Shown here piece after piece: positions 1 to 10,152 of a stretch of 32,947 bases of DNA (within the stretch, counting starts at the first letter, position 1; each line of letters starts with the position of its first letter). Location: assembly GCA_000934665.2 (NCBI GenBank), contig JYFJ02004325.1, forward strand, positions 1 to 32,947, in the 5' to 3' direction. This DNA comes from Catajapyx aquilonaris (taxonomy: Eukaryota). Position numbers and translations under genes: made by a program. The notes under the pieces were generated by a model, which searched no databases, was not told the origin of the DNA, and was given only the letters and a program-made list of their open reading frames with translations.

Positions 1-273
1 GCATTTGTTTGGGGTGGAGTACTTCCATTTAAAAAAGTCTGAACGAAATTCGAGGTACCAAGGGCTAATATCGTGCCGAACTGACGTGGAATGACCCACA
101 GGGGCCTCCATAAGGCCGGGGTAAGAGTTGCAAGTGGCTGGGTTATATCTTGAGGGATGTTTTACCCAGGTTTTACCTCACATTTATTTTTGTAAATGTA
201 AAAAAGAATGAATAACTGCTTTATTACTAAGGGTCGTTGAGCACTGACACTTACAGTGTTGTTGTTCTCACAC

Positions 274-1672
274 TTAGACACATATTGCTGGAGATGAAAC
301 AGCAACCTTCCTAAAACACCTCTGCATCCAGGTCCGTGTATCTCTGCAGAACAAAACAACGGCATCCATGTAGCTCTGGACCCTGGAAAGAAAGGAGTGG
401 GTAAATGGGCGCATTTGACTATCAGGTGCAATTATGAGATAAATGTAGCAGTGCTTCCATTACCACGGCAATATTATTCAGGAATTCACAAATGGACATT
501 TCTTACCTGTAGATGTAAAGGAAGACGTTTATGACATAGTAGTAGAGAGAGAAGAAAGCATAGTATATGTACGGAGGACTCCAAGGTCCTTCAGGGGTAA
601 ATACATAGATTAGGAAAATCGGAAGTGTAGTGCTGGTGTATGCAGCACCCAACAATGTGAGGAGAATGGCCATCTTCTTCTCTCTTTCCTTCAGAACCTT
701 ACTCTGCAAATAATATTGGGTCAATTTTAAAAGTTCTGACTTTTGTCAACGTGAAGTCTCGTACAGTACGTACTTAAAACGTTTAAATTGTGACCAGTTT
801 TGACGTATAGTTTGATCCAGATTAGCAGGAGGCAAACCTGAACTGTGATCCATGGAAGTGCTATAACAACCCCGAATGCTGCCTGCTGATCAACATGACT
901 AAACATACCACAGAAACCTTCCCGCCGGCTATATCCAAGTTCAGAAGAAACCTGTTCGCATTAATAAACTATATGTGTCATTCATTTATTGGATAAGTCG
1001 TATGGGAATGTTACTCACACTAGCCGTTATGGGAACCGCAGCAGACACGACCCACACCACAACTATGACAGGGATTCCTCCCCATGGCTCGAAAGTGAAC
1101 GCAGCTGCTGAAGGCCACCACAATGTCAATGTCCTGTGGACATGAAGAGATGATCCTACTATAGGGGTATTTTTCTCTAAGACCTCGTTAGGTTACTGCC
1201 CTTACCTACTAAGTGTAGCTGCTCCTAATGAAGTGGGTGAGGCCACTCCTAAGTAATGGGTGATGAAAGAAGATATGCAGCATAACCTGGCTCCTAATAT
1301 CCATTTTTGATATAAGTATGTCAAAGCTATGACGGGAAAGAAGATGAAGGAGAAGAGACAGTCCTCCATACTCAGGCTGAGTAGGAGTGAAGTGGTTGTG
1401 GTCTTCAGAGGACTGTGAGGATCCTTGGTCCTCCACCTGGCATAGGGCAATGCCACTAGCACCAGTAAGTTGCCGAATCCTCCGACCACACTCAGGAGGA
1501 GCCAGTATGTTGCTGCGAGGAAGTTGAAGAAGTATGGGCGATCCGGATAGCAGCCTGAAGGAGCATCTTCTTTGGTCAGACACACTCGAGATGTCTCCTG
1601 GTCATCCCTCGAGCAGAAGGAAGACAAGTTGAACTCAGCGGTGTAAGTGTTGGCATGCTCTGGACCAGCCAT
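274..1672 (-). pseudogene. G1: class A orphan GPCR (Tre1/moody-like), probable pseudogene; exons 1672-1206, 1133-1019, 951-774, 703-507, 382-274
   Basis: All five exons have GT..AG boundaries matching paralogs. Exon 3 has a 2-nt TA insertion at ~806-809 (ctatacgt vs ctacgt), exon 4 begins 19 nt shorter than paralogs (net frameshift, stop right after the exon 3/4 junction); LSLAD is LSMED and an N-terminal Cys is lost (SGC vs SCC). Confidence 0.8.
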
Positions 1673-2393
1673 TGCGAGAGACTAGATGAGTGAAGTGATG
1701 GATTGTCGTGCGAATGCGTGTGGGGGATTTACCTCAAGTAATGGCCAGGTGTTACTTGTTGTGGAGTAATTCTGAAGCAATATACTACTAGTATATTGTG
1801 ATTATAATATTCCAGAAAACAATGGGACATGAACCATCCCACCCTGATAGGAACCAAACAGCATTTTGACCTTTGTAAGGGTTCTCTGTTTATATTATAT
1901 GCCATGCTTAACTTGAGACGTGGGGTCCTTTTGAGTGTTTTAATTACACTAACTCGATTTAAAAAACAAATTTCGTCGCTCATATTTTTTTTCTCAGGTA
2001 TGAAAGAGTATATTTCAGGAATATAGGTGTGCGATTTATCATTTTGACAAAAACTTGCGTATGGGTGGTATACCTTGTGGTCCGAGAAGGACCTCATGTT
2101 TCAAGTTAAGGGTCAAGCCAAAGGTCAACTCCATATTATGTCATCGGAGCCTGCTGTCCATTTTTAAATATGGGCCCCTGTGTTTGGCAGTGGTTTTCTC
2201 ACAAATGGATAGTCCAAAAAATTAATGCAAAAGTGTCATTATATAGACCTTGTTTAAATCTGTCTAATATATGTGTATATTATATGTCTGTGTATATGAC
2301 TGGCCACTTGGGATTTAATTCGATAAGCCTACTTTTTATCGGAGGAGAAAAGAGAAAAGTGTCTTTTGATGGCCGTATGTGGTGACGCTTATA

Positions 2394-2810
2394 CAGGGTG
2401 TATCAAAACTCTACCGTAAGCCATGTACCAATGGCATAAAAGCACCAGAGCATCATTATATGTAGAGGGGTCATCATCTCTAGGCCGCCTCATTACGAAG
2501 ATAATTACCTTCAAACACGTAGTACAAAGTATCCTGGGAGGTATGGAAACCTTCAGTCCCGACATCGCATCACTCGTGAAAATAGCAGCTTTTCCATTTA
2601 GCTACTAGCATGTCGCATGTGTACTGCATGTCGCATGTGATCTGTGACAATCTGTGACAATCACTCTTAGGCCCAATTGCTAAATCGCAAATGATCAATT
2701 ATCTCAGTAATGAGGCTGCCCAGACATAATGACTCCTCTACATTAATTGATCCCCTGGTGCCCATTACGCCATTGGCATATGGCTTACGGTAGAGTTTTG
2801 ATACACCCTG
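2394..2810. mobile_element. Tc1/mariner-type MITE, 417 bp
   Basis: Perfect 31-bp TIR CAGGGTGTATCAAAACTCTACCGTAAGCCAT continuing imperfectly for about 110 bp; TA on both flanks (2392-2393, 2811-2812); no transposase. Confidence 0.9.
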
Positions 2811-2999
2811 TATTTGCGATTGGGGGGGTGGGGGGGTGGCAATCTTAAAAAAAACCGAACACTTTTAAATCATTGACCCATATAATTATGAGTAATGTAA
2901 CCCAAATACAAAAGGCACACAGGTATCATACCAAAGATATATACAGAAGCAGTGTTGCCAAAATTTGGCAACAGGTTCACTACTAGTATTATATTACAA

Positions 3000-3054
3000 T
3001 CCCTCCAATGGCCATCGTGCCCACCGGGGTAAAATAAATGAATAAAATAAATAA
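3000..3054 (+). mobile_element. 5'-truncated non-LTR retroposon 3' end with A-rich (TAAA-like) tail
   Basis: 12-bp TSD ATTATATTACAA (2988-2999, 3055-3066); insert absent from the duplicate site near 6770-6785. Confidence 0.75.
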
Positions 3055-3713
3055 ATTATATTACAACTGATTTGATGAGGTATCTTTTAAATAATAATTA
3101 TAATTATGCGTGAAATCTAGTAGAAAACTTTACAGGTACATCATGGGAAAAATGCATGCACGCAAATTAAGGAGGAAAATATCTATATACGGTACATAAA
3201 ATCCTTACTCTGTCTGTCCAACGTTTGTCCGTGTTGGCTCATCGCCTAAGTAGTAGTTACCGTAGTTATCACTTTCCCAGTTCAACAATACAGCACATGT
3301 ATAGCGGTCATAAAGGGTGGGATCCACTTCAATGTAGACAAGACACTCGCTGGTTATTATAGTATAGCACCCTGGTGGGCTTTGTCCGCGCAGTGGCTCA
3401 TCACCAACGTGTAAGCAGTACTACTTTCCCCCTGAGAGTGGCAGGAGTGTGCTGAGTGAGAGCTTATGCGCCAACTGGTAGGGACCTATGGTACTACTTT
3501 CAAGTGGAGTGGGGAGGGGAATGGACAGGCACTGTTTCCCAATGGCAACGGGTCCGCTGCTATAGCACTGTACGTAGACTATAATATAAGAAATGCGAAG
3601 AGTAGGACAAACTGCTCTCTTACAACTGGTTGTTGCACACTGCCATTTATCACGTCAGTCTTTTTGTTTTCAAGGCTATTATAGTCTTCTTGTTGTTCTG
3701 ACACTTAGAAGCA

Positions 3714-5083
3714 TCACGCTGTTTCAACTAGTGAAATTCCAGGTGAAACAGCAACCTTCCTAAAAGGTCTGTGCATCCAGGCCCCTGCATCTTTGAAGAA
3801 CAACACAAAGGCATCCTTGTAGCTCTGGACCCTGTAGATGTAAAGGAAGACGTTCATGGCATAGTAGAAGAGCGTAAAAAAAAGGAAAGTAGAGGTACGG
3901 AGGATTCCAAGGTCCTTCAGAGGTAATCACAAAGATGAGAAAACCCGGAAGTGTCGCGATGGTGTATAAAGCTCCCAACAATGTGAGTAGAATGGTCATC
4001 TTCCTCTCTCTTTCCTTCAGCTCCTGAAGGGTGTTATCGCCCACATGTCTGCAAATATTGGGATTTTTTTAGTTATTTGTTTTGTCAACATGTAGTCACA
4101 TACGTACTTGAAACGTTTAAATTGTGACCAATTTTGACGTAGTTTGATCCATACGAGAAGGAGGCAGATCAGAACTATGATCCATGGAAGTATTACACCA
4201 ATCACGAATGTTGTTAACTGTTCATCGACATTCAACATACCACAGATACCCTGCCGTCTGCTATATCCCATTTCGCAATGAACCTATTTGCATTTAAGAT
4301 AAATAATGTGTTATTGCATAATTGGATTAGACATGTTACTCACAGTGGCCAATATGGGAAAAACACTAGACGCGACCCAGACCACAAGGACGGCAGGGAT
4401 GCTCCCATATGGCTCGAAGGTGACAGCAGCTGCTGCAGGCCACCACAGTGCCAATGTCCTGTGGACATGAAGAGATGATGCTACCATCATGTAGGGGATC
4501 TTCTATGAAGAAGCCTCTCTGGCATCGAACACACTCTAAACACATGGATAGTTATTCGTACTTCCTACCAGCATGTCTTCTTTCACGAACTGACCTCATT
4601 AGGTTACTGCTCTTACCTGCTAAGTGTAGCTGCTGCTAATGAATATGGTGAGGCCACTCCTGCCCAAGGGATGATGAAAGAGAATATGTAGCATATCTTG
4701 GCTCCCAGTATCCACTTCTGATAAAGCGCCGTCAATGCTGAGGATGAAAAACTAATGGAGCAGAAGATGCAGTCCGCCAGACTCAGGCTCAGGAGCAAGA
4801 CCGTGGTGCAGCTCTTGAGGGGACTACGAGGGTCCGTAGTCTTCCACCTGGCATAGGGAATGGCCACTAGCACCAACAAGTTCCCGAATCCTCCAACCAC
4901 ACTCAGAAGAAGAGAGATTGTTGCTCCAATTATGCTGAAGTAGTACGGGTGATCCGGGTAACAACAGGAAGGAGTTTCCTCTTGGGTCAGGCAGACTAGA
5001 GATGTCACGCGGTCGTCTCTCGAGCAAAGTGAAGTCATGTTGAACTCCGAGGTGTAAGGGTTGGCCTGCTCTGAACCAGCCAT
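3714..5083 (-). pseudogene. G2: GPCR paralog with +1 frameshift in TM7 and precise loss of intron 4; exons 5083-4617, 4458-4344, 4283-4108, 4048-3714 (fused exon 4+5)
   Basis: A8 run at 3876-3883 versus A7 in G3 (7732-7738) shifts the frame before NVFLY (could be a homopolymer sequencing error); exon 4 and 5 sequences are contiguous at 3832/3831. Confidence 0.75.
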
Positions 5084-5367
5084 TGCGAGAGACTATAGAT
5101 GGGTGGAGTAATGGATTGCGTTGTAATTAGATGTGGAGGATTTGATCAAATGACCGACTTTTCTACTTGCTTATATCCGATGTGCTTACAGTATAGGAGG
5201 ATTCCACTGTAATTTGTCAGTTACATCACAAAAATCCCCAGACGCGAGCAAGTAGAGGCCAGTCCCGCCTCTGCACTCATAACGCCGCCAGTTTGATGGC
5301 AGGCCAAAATTGGCCGCGAGAGGCGCGCATCTGGAAATTGGTCACACACACTAGGCCGGCCAAGCCA

Positions 5368-6283
5368 GGCCTACGCTCTCGCTCCCCTCCTCGTCGGTGT
5401 CCAGCGCTTCCTTCCTGCAGGGCCGATTACTCCGGGGGCCGCCCCTGGTATGGCTTCCTCCGCCTTGCACGGGCTCGACTCACTCGCAGGACCCGGGGCG
5501 TCCCTCGACCTTAGCTTCCTCCGCGGGCTCTCCGGACTCACTGGTCAGCACACTGGTCACTGCCCGTTGTCTTCGCTCCTTGCCTTTTTCTTCCCCCCAC
5601 CTTTCAGGTTTTTCCGTGGGTGATTCATGCTTAGCCGTGGTGTAGCCTTGACTTGTCATCCTTGTTGCTATCACAATATTTAAAATATATAGTTAGGCAA
5701 AATAATATTGACCTCTGACCCCAATCATGTGCCGACCCGTTTGTCCCTGACGCCCGTGAATCGCGAATTACGCTAGTGTCGTTGGTGAAATCAAAAATTG
5801 TGGATTAGCATGCAGGATTTTTTTTTGTTGAACGCCTGGACTTACCCTACTGCATTTTTGCTATGCCCCGCCCACTAGCAAGTTGCTAAGGACAATGATT
5901 GTGCATGCCTAGACTTTTACAGATTATACAAGAGTTGTGCACTGACTACTGTACCTCCTTATGTAGTTGCATGAATATTACAACATGCTTTATTATTTCC
6001 AAGGTACCCTAGGGCGCATGTTGAAAATGATGCGACGGCACGGAAATAACCAGAAACCGAGTACAACGGCAGAAGGCAGCCCGCACGGCCAACGTGATTC
6101 AATAATTAATCTCAAGAAATAAGGAGAAGACTGAAATTCCCAATCGCCTCCAGCATTGAAGCGGAACTCCATGAAGTAGGGGTGCAAAAGCATTCGGCGA
6201 ACTTCATCAAGGTAAAACACGGTAGTGTAGTTGACATGTGCATGTACTAACACTTTATGTGATGACCTTGTAGAGTTGCACAT
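5368..6283. repeat. GC-rich-headed dispersed repeat, copy 1 (copy 2 at ~17582-18638)
   Basis: Long colinear similarity, e.g. cttccttcctgcagggccgattactccgggg, gaatcgcgaattacgctagtgt, ccaaggtaccctagggcgcatgttgaaaa occur in both places. Confidence 0.85.
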
Positions 6284-6409
6284 ATTACATTACCACTTTT
6301 TTTTAAAAAAAGTGTGTTTTCGACCACCCCTAATGTGAAACTCTACAAGGTCATCACATAAAGTGTTAGTACGTGCGCATGTCACCTACCGTATTTTACC
6401 TTGATGAAG
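6202..6409. repeat. Fold-back inverted repeat (~80-bp arms) enclosing one end of a hAT-like element
   Basis: 6202-6283 is the imperfect reverse complement of ~6333-6409; the spacer ends in gtgtgttttcgaccaccccta, matching the hAT terminus at 19062-19082. Confidence 0.8.
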
Positions 6410-7456
6410 ATATTGGTAGACTAAAAATGTGGCAAGTGTGGTGTTGTTTTCTGGATCGCTAAGGTCAATCACGAGTAACTCAAGGCCATAATTATGATGT
6501 CAGTGGAAGTATGAAATTTGAAGTGACAGTAGTGTTACGGTCTTGAAATGTCTCATTTATTATACACAGGTAAGAAGATAAGATAGTGACAGAATACGTT
6601 ATAAGGGCTACATATATGATATTATGACAAGCATGAAGTTATAATGAAGTTCTATGACATACACCCACATAATTATGAGTAATGTAACCCAAATACAAAA
6701 GGCACTGAGGTGCCAAAGATATACAGAAGCAGTGTTGCTAAAATTTGGCAACAGGTTCACTACTAGTAAAATATATTACAGCTGATTTGATGAGGTATCT
6801 TTTAAATAATGAACATAATTATCCGTGAAATTTAGTAGAAAACATTACAGACATCATGGATGCAAATTAAGGAGGAAAATATCTATATACCTAAAAGCCT
6901 TATTCTGTCTGTCCAACGTTTGTCCGTGTTGGCTCGTCGCCTAAGTAGTAGTTACCGAAGTTATCACTTTCCCCGTTCAACAATACAGCACATGTGTAGC
7001 GGTCATGAAGGGTGGGATCCACTTCAATGGAGGAGACACTTGCTGGTTATTAGCCTATAGTATAGCACCCTGGTGGGCTTTGTCCGTGCAGTGACTCACC
7101 ACCAATGTGTATGCAGTACTACTTTCCCCCTGAGAGTGGCAGGAGTGTGCATAGTGAGAGCTTATGTGCCAACTGTTAGGGACCTATGGTACTATTACCA
7201 AGTGGGGTGGGAAAGGGAAGGGGCAGGCAGTGTTTCCCAAATTTGGGAACGGGTCCGCTGCTATAGTACTGTAGACTATAATATAAGAAATGCCAAGAGT
7301 AGGACAAACTGCGTTGTTACAACTGGTTGTTGCACACTGCCATTTATCACGTCAGTCTTTTTGTTTTCAAAGCTTATATAGTCTTCTTGTTGTTCTCACA
7401 CTTAGAAACATCACGCTGTTTCAACTAGTGAAATTCCAGTTGAAACCGCAACCTTC

Positions 7457-8947
7457 CTACAAGGCCTGTGCATCCAGGCCCCTGCATCTTTGAAGAACAA
7501 CACAAAGGTAGCTCTGGACCCTGAAAGAAAGGGGTGAATAGCTGGAAGCCTTTCACTGATAGTACAGGTATATTTCAGCAGTGGAATATTAGGCACGTCT
7601 TGAGATGGAGAGGTTTTTCCACGGTAATAAGCTTAAGGTAGAAATGGAATAAACTTGTAAATCCGTTACAGACAAAAATAGTCTAACCTGTAGATGTAAA
7701 GGAAGACGTTCATGGCATAGTAGAAGAGCGTAAAAAAAGGAAAGTAGAGGTACGGAGGGTTCCATGGTCCTTCAGAGGTAATCACAAAGATGAGAAAACC
7801 CGGAAGTGTCGCGATGGTGTATGAAGCTCCCAACAATGTGAGTAGAATGGTTATCTTCCTCTCTCTTTCCTTCAGCTCCTGAAGGGTGTTATCGCCCACA
7901 TCTCTGCAAATATTGGGATTTTTTTTAGTTCTTTGTTTTGTCAACATGTAGTCACGTACATACTTGAAACGTTTAAATTGTGACCAATTTTGACGTAGTT
8001 TGATCCATATGAGAAGGAGGCAGATCAGAACTATGATCCATGGAAGTATTACACCAATCACGAATGTTGCTAGCTGTTCATCACCTTTCAACATACCACA
8101 GATACCCTGCCTCCTGCTATATCCCATTTCGCAATGAACCTATTTGCATTTGATATAAATAATGTGTTATTGCATAATATATTGGATTAGACAACCATGT
8201 TACTCACAGTGGCCAATATGGGAAAAACACTGGACGCGACCCAGACCACAAGGACGGCAGGTATGCTCCCACATGGCTCGAAGGTGACAGCAGCTGCTGC
8301 AGGCCACCAGAGTGCCAATGTCCTGTAGACATGGAAAGATGATGCTACCACCATGTAGGGGGTCTTCTATGAAGAAGCCTCTCTGGCATCGAACACACTC
8401 TAAACACATGGATAGTTATTCGTACTTCCTACCAGCATGTCTTCTTTCACGAACTGACCTCATTAGGTTACTGCTCTTACCTGCTAAGTGTAGCTGCTGC
8501 TAATGAATATGGTGAGGCCACTCCTGCCCAAGGGATGATGAAAGAGAATATGTAGCATGTCTTGGCTCCTAGTATCCACTTCTGATAAAGCGCCGTCAAT
8601 GCTGAGGATGAAAAACTAATGGAGCAGAAGATGCAGTCTGCCAGACTCAGGCTTAGGAGCAACACCGTGGTTGGGCTCTTCAGAGGACTTCGAGTGTCCG
8701 TGGTCTTCCATCTGGCATAGGGAATGGCCACCAGCACCAGCAAATTGCCAAATCCTCCAACCACACTCAGAAGAAGAGAGATTGTTGCTCCAATTATGTT
8801 GAAGTAGTATGGGTGATCCGGGTAACAGCAAGATGGAGCATCCTCATTAGTCAGACACACTCGAGATGTCTCCTGGTCGTCTCTAGAGCAAAAGAAAGAC
8901 ACGTTGAACTCGGCGATGGAAGTGTTCAACTGCTCTGAACCAGCCAT
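7457..8947 (-). CDS. G3: class A orphan GPCR, 7TM intact, C-tail frameshifted (345 aa); exons 8947-8481, 8322-8208, 8139-7964, 7903-7688, 7520-7457
   Basis: Open frame across exons 1-4 with canonical splice sites; 8-nt deletion in exon 5 versus G2 gives tail VQSYLCVVLQRCRGLDAQAL*; ancestral-frame stop is at 7411. Confidence 0.75.
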
Positions 8948-9177
8948 TGCGAGAGACTAGATGGGTGGAGTAATGGATTGCGTTGTGATTACGTGTGGAG
9001 GATTTGCATCAAGTTATGACCAGGTGCGACATGATGTGAAGGAAGTGTCAGAAAACAATGGAACATGGACAATGAAACTTGTCAGGAACCAAGCTCCATA
9101 CTGACGTATTTGAGAGTTAGATAAGCCCTGTAACTTCATATAAAGAGAGCTTTGAAAACATGAATTAATTTATCCCG

Positions 9178-9427
9178 GGAGGCATGGTTGTCTAGTGGTT
9201 ACGCCACTGGCCAGCCAAGCGGGAGGCTGGGGTATAAATCCCGTCCCCGTCACCTCTGCTTGGCCGGGTCTTTTTCCGCTTTTCACCCGACATGCCGGGG
9301 CAGAATTGCACTTCCTACTCTGCCCAGGACCAGGAGAAAAGGTCTGGTGTATTTCACAAAGTCAGAAATGACTAAAAATTACAACGCCCTCCCTTGGGAA
9401 CCTCCCCTTCCCCCCTAAGAGGGCTCC
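9178..9427 (+). mobile_element. tRNA-derived SINE family A, near full length
   Basis: A-box-like TGGTTGTCTAGTGG, degenerate B-box GGTATAAATCCC (GGTTCAAATCCC in the 27 kb copy); body shared with 11976-12135 and 27088-27296; no intact cloverleaf. Confidence 0.8.
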
Positions 9428-10152
9428 ACCCTATTACGGCGTATTTTAAAAAATCACTTAGAGAATGTCACGTCCCAGTACTTTTGCATTAAAAATATAC
9501 TGTGCCATAGATGAGTAATCAAGTAAGAAAACAATGCGACATGCACCATCACACCCTGACATGAGCCAAACAGCCTCTGACAAACAGTAGAATAAATAGG
9601 TGACTGTACTCCATCACAAACCCTCTATAGAAATTACACAGTTGCCAATGTGAAAATAATAAAGTTCCAGTCAGATCAGGGTAAACAGATTGTAATTGAG
9701 ACAATTGCGTAGATTGTCGTTTTGAAATAATTCCTACAGCCACACTTTGCATGACCTAACTCATTGTTTTCGGACGTATGAACATCCAAATTGTTTTTCA
9801 ATTATGTCCGTGTTGCAGATCGCACGTCGCGACCTGTGAAAAACATCCAGGAGTTAATTAGGTCATATTGGCACAATCTTTCCGTCCAGTCACTTAGAGC
9901 CACATGTAAACAAATGTCAGGGTATTACAAATATGCAAATACATAAATGATTCATGCTTCACAGCGTTTTATATCCTGTCAGCACAAATGCCATTGATGT
10001 CGCAGTAACTAGCTATTGTCTGTATCATACTGTTATTATGCAACACCATATATTTTGAGTTGAAGGAAAATGCGTGACTATTCAAAAATTTAAATTGTAT
10101 GAATAGCTGATTTATTACAACGGGTTGTTGAACACTGTCACGTACAGTCTTG

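Larger units (their letters stand above)
2875..9005. repeat. Direct duplication: ~2875-5145 (G2 plus 3' flank) vs ~6663-9005 (G3 plus 3' flank)
   Basis: Flanks, introns 1-3 and exons align nearly base for base by eye (e.g. intron 1 at 4459-4616 vs 8323-8480). Confidence 0.9.

Noticed and set aside
1..97. Possible MITE end (TGACGTGGAATGACCC) and similar transposon-like stretches at 17366-17540, 29500-30170 and 32450-32947
   Set aside because: They look like DNA-transposon remnants, but no paired TIR or TSD can be shown within the window.
1209..1583. Alternative-frame and antisense ORFs overlapping GPCR exons (also 4824-5027, 10818-11087, 16214-16585, 21053-21448, 24491-24838)
   Set aside because: Shadow frames of the real exons; starts and stops are not conserved among paralogs.
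2822..2839. G-rich runs (also 17287-17347)
   Set aside because: Low-complexity tracts with no supporting context for a functional quadruplex.
5293..5674. Arg/Pro/Ser-rich ORFs in the GC-rich repeat (and 17557-17931)
   Set aside because: Frames are not preserved between the two copies (multiple indels); expected from high GC.
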